Shown here in pieces: positions 40,810 through 53,646 of a stretch of DNA of 64,000 nucleotides (position 1 is the stretch's first letter; each line of letters begins with the position of its first letter). Position numbers and translations under genes: made by a program. This DNA comes from Phoronis australis (lineage: Eukaryota > Animalia > Phoronida), in the NCBI GenBank assembly GCA_002633005.1, contig NMRA01000423.1, positions 60,676-124,675 on the forward strand, read 5' to 3'. The notes beneath the pieces were generated by a model. The model saw nothing but the letters and a program-made list of their open reading frames with translations. It ran no database searches and was not told where the DNA came from.

Positions 40810-43192
40810 AAAGTGTGGTTAATGCTGAGAATCACAAATGTTTTACTTTAGAATACTACATGAATGAATTGGTCAAACTTTCAGAAGAAAAATGCACCTA
40901 ATGACCCCATGGGTGCACCAAATGACCTGATAATTTAGAATTCAAACTGAATCACATTTACTAAACAGATATGTAATTTTGAAATCTCTATCTCAAAATT
41001 TTAGTTTGCACTCAATGACCTTCGACCTATTTCTCTGATTGGTTATGCCTATTGCATAGTAAAGTAGGACGTTCGACTGGCATGGTGACTTACACCAGTG
41101 TGCTGAACTTGAAAAGAATGCCTTGAAAAATGTAGGAGAAGTTACATTCATTTTGAACGTTAGATGACATTTGCACTAATTGACCATATCCGGTGTCTTT
41201 AGGAGAATCATTGCGAAGCCCGTGAAATGTGTGTTTAATGCTGAGAATCACAGTTGTCTAACGGTTGACACATCAGAATACTTGGTGAATGAAAAGGACA
41301 TATTTTCAGAAGAAAAATGCACATAATGACCCCATGCGGTTGCACTAAATGACCTGAAACTTCGTATTTCAAATTGAATTAGACGTACCAATCAGTGAAT
41401 GTGAAGTTAAAGTGTCTAGCTCAAAATTTTAGTTTGCACTCAATGACCTTTAACCTATTTTCTCTGATTGGATGACCCTTTTGCTTAGTAAAGTAGGGTA
41501 TTTCATTGGCATGTAGGTTTACACCAATGTGCTGGAATTGAAGAGAATTCTATAAATGTATTTGTATTGAAGGCCTCTGGCCCAAAGTACAATAAACAAA
41601 ACAATTAATCAGGCACATTTGCACAAGCAGTCAACCCATTTAAGAGTTGTTCTCGTCTTTTAAGGGCAAAATACACATATTTAACAGCAGATATATCTGG
41701 ATTAGCGAGCAGGCGTATACAGGATTCTTGAGTTGGATGCCTCCATTGAAATTCCTTCATAAAACGTGACCTAAGTTCACAATATCCCTTGCAAACCAAC
41801 AGGAAATGGTATTCATCCTCTACAAGACCNACTCGTCAAATGTGCCTACTCTAAAATCTGAAATATGTTGAAAGAGACTTGTCGATACTATCAAATAGTC
41901 TACAGTGCTACAACCACCTGAAGCGTGACATGTAAACTCGCCATGAAGAGAATTCCTTGAAAATTGTAGAAGAAATAAAATTTTCAAAAGTAGATGACAT
42001 TGCGACCCTATCCAGTGCATTACGAGCCCTTTAGTAGAACTATTGCAAAGTCCGTGAAAAGTATACTTAATGCTGAGAATCACAATTGTCTAACGGGTGA
42101 CACATCAGACTACTTGGTGAATGAAAAGGACAAATTTTCAGAAGAAAAATGCACCTAATGACCCCACGGTTGCACTAAATGACCTGAAACTTCGTATTTC
42201 AATTGAATTCGACGTAACAATCAGACTTGTGAATTTGAAGTGTCGAGCTCAAAATTTTAGTTTGCACTCAATGACCTTTGGCCTATTTTTTCTGATTGGT
42301 GAGGCATATTTCGTAGTAAAGTAGGGTGTTCAATTGACATGTTGACTTACCCCAGTGTGCTGAAATTGAAAAGAATTCCTTGAAAAACGTGAGATATATT
42401 ATTTTGAACGTTAGATGACCTTTGCACTAATTGACCCTATCCGGTGAATTATAAGCGTCTTGAGGAGAATTATTGCAAAGCCCATGAAAAATGTGTTTAA
42501 TGCTGAGAATCACAGTTGTCTAACAGTTGACACACCAGAATACTTGGTGAATGAAAAGGACAAATTTTCAGAAGAAAAATTCACCTAATAACCCCATGTT
42601 TGCACTCAATGACCTAAAACTTTGGATTCCGAATTGAATTACCTTAACAATCAGACCTGTGAATTTGAAGTGTCTAGCTCAAAATCTTGGTTTGCACCTA
42701 ATGACCTTTGACCTGTTTAACCTGATTGAATGACCCGATTACTTAGAAAAGTAATTTTTTAAATTGCCTTATTGACTTATATCTGTGTACCGAAGTTGAA
42801 AAGAATAGCTTTTAAATTAAAGGAGTAGCATTTTAAAAATTACATGACCTTTGCACCAAATAACCTCTTCCGGTGCATTATGGAATATGAATATACTAGG
42901 TCAAAATTTGTATACTGCCTAAAGTCATATATTAAATTTGAAGAACATACTTGCAACCATTTTAGAGTTATTAAGTGTCAAAGTTGATCGGAAGAAGAAT
43001 AAGAATTAGAATAATAATAAGAATAAAATTGAAGAAAACCCAGGAACAACAGTACTCTGTGCTTACATGCGCAGAGTAATAAAATTGAAGAAAACCCAGG
43101 AACAACAGTACTCTGCGCTTGGACGCACAGAATAATAAAATCAAAGAAAACCCTGGAACAACAGTACTCTGCGCTTGCACGGGCAGAGTAAT
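40810..43192 (-). mobile_element. HINE/Helitron-N-like element with ~420 bp central tandem repeats and a triplicated 56 bp terminal module
   Basis: aatgctgagaatcaca recurs at ~40821, 41237, 42069, 42499; tgacct-rich units; (AAT/AAG)n microsatellite ~42993-43025; three 56 bp copies (43022, 43078, 43134), each with a tactctg..cagagta hairpin. Confidence 0.65.
41551..41943 (-). mobile_element. Short, internally deleted LINE (RTE-X/Nimb-like) with 12 bp TSD
   Basis: TSD tgaagagaattc at 41539-41550 and 41944-41955. GEFTCHASGGCSTVDYLIVS (AP-endonuclease end) is joined to EDEYHFLLVCKGYCELR (C-terminal zinc-knuckle region), then a short 3'UTR. Confidence 0.8.
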
Positions 43193-43639
43193 TACGGGCG
43201 AACGGTTAGTGTCATAACACACCGGCGAAGACTCGGTCGTAATTACTAGCGTAATTTCGGGCGACGCTGTCACCGAACGGCCCAAGATAACAGGTAGTTA
43301 TATGCAAACCCAGAAATCATGGAACGCTTTGTGACCATCTTGATAGCTTTAAGTTGTCTAAGTCAGCTGTTCACCTCTTGGTTTATAGCTGATAAAAGTT
43401 CTTAAACCGCAGTTGATGTGCGTACCAGAAAAAAGTACAAACGTTATGTAAATATAGAACACGGTTAAGCGGAAATATTGATATGACGTCCCAGTCAGTT
43501 TGCTGGTTAAGAACAAGAATCGCTCGGCATAAAATTGATCTCACATTATTCCTTTTCGCAACAGTGTTCTACTTCCATTATGAACAAAAGCATTAAACGT
43601 TCAGCAGCTCAGTAAAGTATATAAAAGTCCTTGAAATTC

Positions 43640-43980
43640 AAGTTCTGAACCAAGTTTGGCTAATCAATCTGCTGCCTCATTACCCTGGGTGGCCAAGTTT
43701 CTAAGAGTCCAGGCAACAGTGATGTGGTTACATTTACCTAACTTATTAAGGTAAGCGATGTAATGCTGAACAATGTGCGACTTTACAACATTGTTTATGA
43801 GTCTTTAATAGCTGCCTGGTTATCAGGCAGGTCAGCTACAGATTTATTTTGGATTCTTTTGTCGAACAGTTCTTCTGAAACTTTAAAAATTTCAAAAGCC
43901 TCTGCTTGGAAAACAGAACTATGTTTTCCGAGATAATCGATTTTTCAGTTGGTGGTATATCAGTCTGTAAACTTTTATAG
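43640..43980 (-). mobile_element. Degenerate RNase H domain of a LINE (LOA/I-group-like)
   Basis: Minus strand reads YLGKHSSVFQAEAFEI..DNQAAIK..LNKLGKCNHITVAW..QGNEAAD*LAKLG, matching the RNase H motifs VFQAE, DSQAA, GNExAD. Confidence 0.75.
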
Positions 43981-45029
43981 AGCTTACACCAATGTTTCTT
44001 TCATATTTGACGACACAATTTCTAGACAGAATAAGACATTCAAAGTTGCAAATGTCTTGGATTATACTGACCGACCAGTAGGCATACACAACAGTGGAAG
44101 TTCATTTCTAGCACTGTTACACGTGTCAACATGACTTTTTGTTTTCCCTGATGTACAAACTGGCTTGGAAGTCCAGAGTCCTGTTTAGTCGATATGGAAG
44201 GACCCTTGGACGTACTCGGGCATTATAGACTCATCAATCGATTCTATATTCATTCATTGCTCCCAGTGGGATGCTAGGAAGTGATAATGTTATCACAAGA
44301 CAAGCTAAGCGTCGTAGCTTCAGAAGAAACTTCTTAAGGTACGGTTTCTCACTTCCAATGACTCAAGGCACACATGGGTAAGATATCACCTGTCTTATCA
44401 TAGCAGTAAATATCTATTTCATGGTTTTTGGATGTAAACCCCATGTTTTGCCCATAAGTTGCTTACATCGCTTAAGTGAAAATTGTAGCCTTATTAGTTA
44501 CATGGCTTAAATGATATTTCAGATAGAGTTTCGTGGGTGGATGGATTTTTGGCTGATGTAGCATGAGTGTTTAACCGTGGTAAGAATATTTTCCATACCT
44601 GAACTGTCTTTCATTGGTACAGTCGAAGACAACCTAGCTGAGTGTAAAACACGAAACAGTATACGAGAGAGACAAGCGTCTGGAACAATATGACAGCTTA
44701 TTCTTAGCAGCGTGTTGCAAAGACTGGCTAACTATCAGTGGCATGTTAGACAACTCTTGCGGTTGCAACTGGCGGTACACATGGGACACGACACCGAAAG
44801 TAAGACGAAAATCTTTTTATAGAAATAACATACATACATGCACACATATCAATGGAAAACAAAATTTTCGTTCAAGTAGCAAGTATTAAAATACCTCGCA
44901 ACTGCAAATGTGTTCTAGCTTCCTGCATACAGTAGGCGATTTACTTGTTTGTTATCAAATGTAAAGTGAAAGATCTCCCAGTCAGGTGGAAAGTAAGAAA
45001 AGTGTTTGCGTCGTTGTGCTACCTTACAC

Positions 45030-45280
45030 TCAGGCTATTTCAGAGAAATTAGGCAGGATTTACAAGAGACACAACACTCTCCGCAGTCTGTTGGTCGCGT
45101 CCAGTGATACTACACCCCAGGAGTGAAAATGTAGCCTAGTGTATCAGGTTGACTGTGCTTCTTATGACGCATCCTACATTGGTGAGTCTGGACGACAGAT
45201 GAGGTCACGTATCGACAAACACCAAAAGCTGTAATAACAGGTACTCTACAGTCGGCCATATCAGAACATGCTCACAGTTT
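45030..45280 (+). mobile_element. Second Penelope-like GIY-YIG fragment
   Basis: NTLRSLLV..LVYQVDC..SYIGESGRQMRSRIDKH..SAISEHAH across frameshifts. Confidence 0.8.
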
Positions 45281-48080
45281 TGCGTGTGCCTGAGAACCTT
45301 TACTACCTAAAATATGATTTTTCTAAGTTGAAGCAGCTGCTTCAGCTTGAATTAGTGTAGAAAACAATTTCGAATACATTCAATAATAACAAAAATGCGT
45401 TTACAAGATATCGTAACCAGTCAGACAGTACTTGCTTCCCAAAACATTTTTTTGTGAAACGAAAATAGATTTATTCCAAGTTTAAGCAGGGCGTGGATTG
45501 CTTAAAATTGAAATTGGGTTAAAAAATGATGACGAATGTAGTCTGAGGTGTATTAAGAATCTGGGCTCCGTTATACTTTAGTCTGAACGTCGACCGAAAT
45601 AACAATGTTATCGTTCTAACATATGCTATATTGCTCTTGTTGAACAATGGTGTTGACGTCATGCCAACTGTCAAACTTGAGACCTACATGTAAACTTCCA
45701 TGAAACGAATCCCAGAGATATTCACCAGAATAAACCATAACGTACACCAACACAGAAAAACACCGATTGTTTAAATACTTTCGAGTAAAGATTCAAAAAA
45801 CAACTCCAGAATGAAAACAACTAAACCTAACCTTATCTTCGTTTCACTTGATCAAACATCAAACAGGCGCTAATTTCAAATCCCAAGATTTATGTTTACA
45901 TTCGAATAGGCAACAACGTTCATGGAAAATCCTACAACCTGCTAATGTCACTGTAGTGACCTTAAATGCCTGGGCCATGTGCGTACATGTATACTCCATG
46001 ATTGAGGGGACATGCAATCACGTTCCAGACAGCTATTGAATTTATTTTCGAGTATCGTGACCTGGCCACGAGAGCCTTATCTCGGTCTCTTTAGAACAAT
46101 CTCCTCACTGTACGTGTCGTAATAATTTCAGGTCAAACGCCTTACTTTGCCATGCAGCTTTGAATGTTGCCACGCGACGAGCGTATAAACTTATGATTTC
46201 GTGCATGATCTTAGAATTCCAAGCTTAGGCATGATTCGCTGCTGCGTGTTCTTGAGATTTAGCGGTATTTTGAGTAATGCACTGCAGAGCTATTTGAACT
46301 GCAATTCAATGATTCTCTGAAGAACCAGCATCAGCTACTGTATTATAGATTGACATTCCAACATTTTATTCCAAGAGCTTGAATTTACCGGCCCAGGTTT
46401 GAAGTCCTTAATAGTCACAGAGATGTCGGCGAATTCTAACATCACTTGTAATGTTTTTCAATAAGATGCAGGCCAATAGGAGGTGAAATCTTCTGCCAAA
46501 ATAGTGAAAAACTTTAACAATTGGTTGGCGCTTGCTTTTCCGGCAGAAGGACCCTGTATCGACTTTACAGTTTTTACAAAAAGTGAAAAATGTAAATTTG
46601 AAGAAATTTCTTTCAGATAGCTGTGATGCTTTAGAAATAGATAACAAAATCAATGTTTACACACTTATTTCATGGATTATTTTCAGTTGCCAAATTTCGT
46701 TTGTGTTCAAACTGAGTTTCCATTGATAGGACGAGAGCAGCATTTACTACGTAAGCCAACAATGCGTGTATTATAAAGACTAGTCGCCAACCGACTAGAG
46801 TGACGCCTTTCGTGAAAATGCGAGAACAGTTTTATGTCTGGTCCGCGCGTCACCTGCCGGCCACGTGTGTTTGCGATCATTGAGAAGACTCATTCAAAAT
46901 GAATAACTGACCTCCTGTATTCAAATTACATAGGCTATGCAATCATAAGTTTTCTGTTTCGAACATCAACAAACGCAGATCATGAATGCAAACCAGAATA
47001 GCATACACTTGGGTGTAAGGGTACAAGTTAATTTTTTTGCGTGGCCACCACAGCATTCCCTTCCGAACTCACTCCAGGTAACTCAATTATATGTACATTG
47101 TATCTTTCAACTAAATACATTTAAACATCACGCTCCCATTTGGAAGGACACATCTGAAGTTAAATACAAACAGCTACCCATGACATCTTTTTGCAGACAC
47201 GTTTTCACTAGATTCAAAACATGGATCTGTATTTTGGTTTCTGTCTTTCGGCCTCCGACACACAGGACTCTAAAAACGGTTATTGAATTTTTTTCATCAA
47301 AAGTAAAAAAATATGCTTTCTCATTTAGAAATTCGCAATGACTTCAATGTGTTAAACTACACATTTTAGGTTTTCCACGTACTTCATTTTAGTTATCAAA
47401 AACATAACTTCATAAATCCAGAACTCCATCGGCTAATTATTGGACGTTATCAACCAGTGTTTTTTTTTCTAAAAACAACTTCGCAAATACCCGTGACCAA
47501 CTGACTTAGGTCAAACGACCAATCAGGTGATCTGGATGTGACATCCGGGTCAGACTCCACGGCATGGTATGTTTTTCGGCACGAACGTAAACAAAACATT
47601 AGAATTTCTCTTGCTGTCCTCGACTATTTAATGACAGATTTGCAGAGGTTGGAATGGGACCGTCATCACCTATCTTCTTGCATGGCTAAAATCCAGGTCA
47701 TATTCAGCGCTTCTCAGAAACTCTTAGCTAATCGAATGCATGTGTCGGTTAGAGAGCACTGATTTAACTTTCACGTCGGCATCTGCCTTGCGCTCCAGGG
47801 TCTTTCACTGGATGGCGCCAGTGAAGAATGGTAACGCGGTGCATGCATGATATGCTTGTAAGAACTCAGTTTTGCGACATGAAATTTGTGAGTATTTAAC
47901 GTCGCAAGAGCATAATCTAGGCATTTTCTTATGACGTAAAAGCCAATTTTGGTCCGTAAAATGGCGGGAAATTTTCGCGACCTGGAATTTATGAATGCGA
48001 GCTGAATTTTGAAAATGCGACCTAGGATTTTGGCTGGGTCGCAAAATGCGACCTGGCGATTTTCATAGCGTCGAGCCCTG

Positions 48081-48949
48081 CCTGCAGACCCATTTCTAGT
48101 CCGAGGGCCATCAACTCTCTTAGTTGAGATCTTGTCTCCATAGTGAGTTGCTAAATCCAACAGTCCACTTTATCACACCTTGTTACCGTCAGTAAGCTCC
48201 TGGCGTGCTCGCCAATTGTCACGTGTTTCCCCGTGTGTGGGTGGGCGCAGGTTGTTACAGACCGGTGCTAATAGCTTTCGGTGCGAAGATTGACTGAAGA
48301 CTGGTTCGAGTTAATCCTTTATTAATCCCGACCGTACGTTCACAAGCCTACTCAAACAAAACATCCGACGTAATGTCTGTTATATGCTCCAGCCAGTGCT
48401 GCGAAGCCTTGACTTGTGATGAACTTCTGAAACACGTTCAGCAACTGTTACACTCGTCTATTCAATAACCTGCTGTCTCTATAGCTGGCTCTCTATTGAC
48501 TATCGCTGTAACTGCTGATTCTCTTCACTGCAACTCAACTGTAGTTCTCCTGATTAAATTTCTTGAACTTACTTGATCTTCTCTTGATCTCCCGACTTGA
48601 TCTTCTTGGACTCAACTGACTAACTCAAACCCGTGCTTGTGTATTTATAGCCTAATGCATTGTTCTAGAACTTTTCATCAATTTAAGCACATACCAAAAC
48701 TTTTTGGAACCTACCCAATCATTCTACAAACATGTACTAGTCTCTAGAATATTCCAGACTGCACTAATCACTGTCATGCTAGAGTCTTCTAGAAAGTTCC
48801 ATACTATACTGCAGTAAACAAATGACATCATCACTGTTCTGACCTCAGTCTTCTAGAAAGTTCCACACTATTTTGTAGTCAACAAATTACATCATCACTG
48901 TACTTAACTCAGGGGTCATGCCAATCAAACAGAATAACAAATCATAACA
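48081..48949 (-). mobile_element. Truncated Gypsy-type LTR retrotransposon: 5' LTR (48217-48949), tRNA-Arg PBS, start of gag
   Basis: Minus strand TGTTATGA...GTGACA (733 bp) with TATAAATA and AATAAA; PBS TGGCGAGCACGCCAGGAG at 48197-48214, resembling the complement of the tRNA-Arg 3' end; ATG at 48141 reads METRSQLRELMALGLEMGLQ. Confidence 0.8.
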
Positions 48950-50123
48950 ATACAACTAAAAATACTGTCAGACCATATTCTGACAAACATGTTGTACAAT
49001 TGCATTCAGAATTGTGCATTGTCCGTTTCTTTCTGATAGAAGTAGGTGTTCACGCAATGACACTAAAACCGATTGTAAAAAATGATTGTGAAAATGAGCC
49101 GAGAAAGCCTCTCTGAAAATCATTTGCGCAAATTGAGTTTCGAAACACGCCGCATACCACAAAATTTTGGATATTAAACAATCCATGGTTTCATTTAAAC
49201 GAAAAGATAGTTGTTGCAAATTTTGCTCTGAGAAGGACAGCCGCCGTCAATAGAAATATGAAGGAATCACAACCACTACGTGTATTTGCATCGAACAACT
49301 GAGTGAAGGTACTGAATTCGATGTTTAGGTATTTTTCAGTCTCGTGTAAGAATGGTATCCATCAGTATTTGAATAAAAAGCGTATGAGATACACAAACTC
49401 GACAGTAGCTTGTACTACTTTTTTAACAATCAAATTGCCTCGCTTCAGTCAATGCACGTGCATGCTCTACAGTGCTCTTAGTTAGCATGCTGTTTAAAAA
49501 TTCTCAACTTCCTGAGTTAGCAGTGGTTCACTAGCTCACAAAATGACGAATGGGGACAATCGAAACGAGACACTTGCATACGTATAGAGTAACGAACCAA
49601 CACCAACTGAGTATCTTACCGGGATATTTCGTTGATAAGCCCTTGGGTATGTATTCGGAAAATGAAAATTTTCAGGAATTTTAGTAACACCAAATAAAGG
49701 CCCGGGCGTTTATTCGGAAAAGAGGAGAGTGTAAAATTAAAGTCGTGGTTTTGATCGACAGGTGTCTTGAGTTTTTTAATTTCATGTTAATAAATCCATA
49801 GTCCACCAACTCTTTGTTCATTTTAGAAATGATAAAAGCTTTACAGAATTGAATTTGTGTCTAACTATGAGTGGGATTTTAACAGGAAATTTTCAAAATA
49901 AACGCCCCAAAAGCTGGACACTTAACATCAGAAGTTGTTCATGTAACACCAAATAAACGCCCATGGGCATATACTCAGCATAATTTCCCCAGGAAACGCC
50001 CACACGCGTTTATCTACGGGTTTATTCACCGGTTCATTTATCTATGGAAAATCCCGGTTTCGTTAGAAAAGCAATTTTAGCCCAAAATGCTCACGAAACA
50101 AGCACAACAATGTCTTCACTTAC

Positions 50124-50308
50124 AGTTACATAGTCGCAACAAGACTCCATACTTAACGAGGTAAACTCCACCAGTATTGTTTCACCCGCCGGGGCTCGTA
50201 TAACGTATCTGCAATCGACGTTGTTGTCGTATCTTGATGGGTAGTTCGGCGAACTTATGTAACCATACTGTCCACTGCGGGCCGTGTAGCTGCCGCAGTC
50301 CCGACATT
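50124..50308 (-). CDS. CUB domain exon 1 (N-terminal half), phase 1-0, 185 nt
   Basis: ttattag|AA TGT CGG...GTA ACT|gtaagt; encodes (E)CRDCGSYTARSGQYGYISSPNYPSRYDNNVDCRYVIRAPAGETILVEFTSLSMESCCDYVT with the CUB motifs ISSPNYP, YxNNxDC, ExCCDYV. Phases match both neighbouring exons. Confidence 0.93.
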
Positions 50309-51748
50309 CTAATAAGTAAAGACAGAAATAAAGATTTGAATAGCAGTTGATTACAAAATTCCACTTTTGGCTTAGACCACGTGGTTATGAGGCAATTCAT
50401 TGAGATCAGGATCTACAAGTTAGCTCGTCACGGCGGGTTATTCCAAGCGCTCAGCATGGTCTCAATGATAAACCGATTGTCAGTTCTTGCGACAGTGGAT
50501 TACTACTTAAAAGTATTTTACACCTCAAACTCCCTTCAAGCAAATATCATGATGGTGGTAAAGCTCCCTCATGGCACGCAGCCACCAGCACACTATCTAT
50601 CGACGTTTACAGTTGTATGCACGATTCCCGCCTCCCGTTCAGTAACGCTAGGACCACGCTAAAAAGCAAGACTTCGCGAGATTACGGGAGACCTTGCCGT
50701 GTATTTTAAATGAGAGCACGTGACTTTGACTAGATTTTAGCTAGGTGCTAGCGTAAGTCCTAGCTTTACTGAACGCACGCCAGGTTTTAAGTAAAAGCAG
50801 GAAGCATACCTTCTACATACTCCCCGGGTTAAAAGGCAACTTGATATTTGTATATTAGCACGGCGGCAGATGAACCAGGGACCAAGTGGGTCTGTCGTTT
50901 AATTTCGCTATCAGGTTTCCTATTTGCAGAGGACAGGTTTTGGTTTCGCATGACTCAGAGGCCTCTCACACCAAAAATTATTCAGTTCGATCTCGAAAAC
51001 AGGTTAATACCGAGCACAAAACAACCAACCATTTAGCAATGTGCAAGAAATTTGTTCATGATGTAGAAATCGCTTTTACCAAGACTGACCGTCTCCTGCC
51101 GTTGTAACTCGTTTCAGTCATCCGATGTTCATACGGTCTCGGACGCTCTGACGAGTTTGGAGAAACAGACCATTGAAACTCGCGTGTTCATTAAATCAAC
51201 GTTGAAATTGACCAGTAAAACGAAATGACACCAAAAACATATTTTGAAGCAAAGTTTTTAAGTCGAGACCCAACAAAATCTGAACAAGCAGCAGAGCAGA
51301 GGCTCTGCTGATACTGTCAAAAAGATCGTGGAATTGGTGTTTCAAAACAAACCTCGTGTGAACATGTTGCGTGCTTCAATCAGGATAGAGAAGGCTTTTT
51401 CAGTGCTGCGAAAACAAGATTCCTGAGCCCAATTCGATAATATTTGACATTCTCAACCAAATTAAGGAAAATAATCCTTTTTAAAAGCTCATGGAGATCT
51501 GTATACATGTAGTTCACCAAACACCACTTCAATTAGCCAAGCAGTTATTGAACCTCATCGATAAAAAGGAGAATGTGTCACGTACGGTAGTCTACACCTA
51601 CCACAGAGCAGAGTCACAACAGCAATGTGGCGTTTTCCATAACCTTCATGTACTTCATGATTAAAATTCAATTAAAGAATTTCATCCAATCTCTTAACTT
51701 TGATGACGGTAACGATGGTCGTGTAACCACAATGTGTGTTAAAATTAC

Positions 51749-51800
51749 CTGCCCAAGGAATAACAAATCCAGCCAGCACAGCCGCCACTTGCAAAAGCAT
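51749..51800 (-). CDS. First coding exon: signal peptide of the CUB-TSR protein, phase 1
   Basis: ATG CTT TTG...TGG GCA G|gtaatt = MLLQVAAVLAGFVIPWA(E); hydrophobic core; splices in frame to the CUB exon (G+AA=Glu). Confidence 0.85.
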
Positions 51801-51819
51801 TATCACGAGAAATTATTGG

Positions 51820-51858
51820 CAAATGAGGCTATTGTCACCTTCTTTAAGTTTATATATA
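51820..51858 (-). promoter_or_regulatory. Core promoter of the CUB-TSR gene: TATA box and initiator
   Basis: Minus-strand TATATAAA (51856-51849) lies ~30 nt upstream of an Inr-like TCATTT (A at 51824), which is 24 nt before the ATG. Confidence 0.7.
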
Positions 51859-53490
51859 GTACCATAACCCGGAACAATAAGCGTGAATTCGAGTTATTGT
51901 AAACAAGGAAGAATGACATTGAGAAGAACTTTTCATCCGAGAATTGGAGTTTCCGCAAACCGTACTTTCAGAAACTCGGACGGAAAATTTTAACCTTCCT
52001 GAAATAAATTAAATGCTAAAGGTTAAACTTACTAAAATTGAAAAAGGTTAAACTTGACGCAAATTTCTTGCCAGACATTCAATATTGGCATCTGTTATCT
52101 TCAGAAGTCTACAATTCTCAAATGTTTTGGCTCCTCTTGACATTTTTCAACCAATAACTTCCAAGAAATTTGCACGTTGTACGGCCATAGTTGTTCTGAA
52201 ACATGCCCATATCGCAATACCACCATCCTGTGTTCCTTTCGCGAGTCAGTTCACAACTGAAAAAGCGGTTACAAGGTATGTTCTAAGGATACCAAACCCG
52301 CTTTTAGCCTATTAACATGTACTGAAAACAACTTTCCCATCCAGTTCTCAGAAACAAAACAATGCTCTGTAACCATCGACAAACTTCAAAAAGTTTCGAA
52401 TTAAATTTGGATACTCCTTTCAAAGTCGGCTAAATGGGCAAGCGTGACTTACACTTTTAGCGAATGACACGGCAATTGAGACCACCCACCAAGGACCGTA
52501 ATTTCCAATTTTGAGATACAGTGTATGGAGGGTTTTTAGTTAATTCCTGTCTTTATTTTTCAAGATTGTTATTAGGTGATAGAAAGAGGATTGATTGAAA
52601 TTATTAAAGCGGGGTTTAGTATCCTTTTCAATAACGCCGCAATAACTGACCCCCGTTCGATCTAAAAACCGAATTGTGATTCTGAGTACTTGGCGATAAA
52701 AAATGGGTGGTTTCTGAGTTGGCAAGAAACGACAGTTACATGTAGTTATTCGTTAAGACCAAGCGTGGTGCATTACTTGACACTCAGTGACAATCCAACT
52801 TTTATAAATTGATCTCAAACAGTAGGCCTGACGAATTGTTAGTTTTTCAGAAGCACTGAAATCGTCATGGAATTGGCAAGGAAACGATCAGATACCATTT
52901 CCAAGACAAACTACTTTCAAGTATCGTTTACGCGTGCCCCTTGACCCTGTGGTGACACGACATCAACCACTTTTTGTGTTCAAGTCTGATACGGTGAGAA
53001 AGATAACTCAAGAAGTTTAAAAGTGCTGCATGTCGATGTCAGTGAATTCAGGTGGGGAATTCCATGAACGCAAGCGAGAGATAAGCAGAAATAAGAGAGT
53101 GACAAATTAAAGGGCGCCGCATTTCCCCTCACGTGGAGACGAGGGGATCGTTCCAAAATCGCTACTTACTGGGCGAGTCTCTTACGTACAAAACTGTGGA
53201 TATGTGCAATAACGACACATTAAAAACTCCGACATAAGTTCTACAAAAACGCTATTCCGTTGTGACAAAAATTTGACTAAAGAGTGAACTATCAATTTGG
53301 GCAATAAATTTGGTGGAATCTAGCAGAGTTCTGTCGACGTCTGCCCAGGACTTCCGCCATGACTCACCAAAGTAATCCGAGTTTTATGCACTCTTTAGAA
53401 AAATATGAACTGACTGGCATATGCTAAATGAACGGGAGAATTCTTTTAATTAAAGGATTTTTCCTACTCGTTCAGTAAATCTAGTGGTCT

Positions 53491-53646
53491 CAGTGGCGGA
53501 TTTAGAGGGGGGCCAAGGGGACGATGCCCCCCTAAAATTTTCACAGATTCCATTATGCAGTACGGGGGTGCGAATGTCTGACGGGCAAAATCCTGGCTAA
53601 TAATCTGCCCTGACCCCCCCAACTCAAAATCCTGGATCCGCCCCTG
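53491..53646. mobile_element. hAT-type MITE
   Basis: Termini CAGTGGCGGAT / ATCCGCCCCTG with G/C runs; TSD not recognisable. Confidence 0.65.

Larger units (their letters stand above)
40268..43283. mobile_element. TIR element (GGGCC termini, Harbinger-like) enclosing nested insertions
   Basis: ~55 bp imperfect IRs: gggccgttcgg..taattacgctggtaattactaccgag (40268) versus ctcggtcgtaattactagcgtaatt..ccgaacggccc (ends 43283); no clear TSD. Confidence 0.6.

Noticed and set aside
43022-43192. Short palindromic direct repeats resembling a CRISPR array
   Set aside because: The 56 bp units are head-to-tail with no unique spacers, there are no cas genes, and the context is eukaryotic; they are triplicated HINE termini.
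51140-51190. CTGACGA-stem-GAAAC hammerhead-like motif
   Set aside because: Extra bases lie between stem II and GAAA, and no convincing stem I or III is present.
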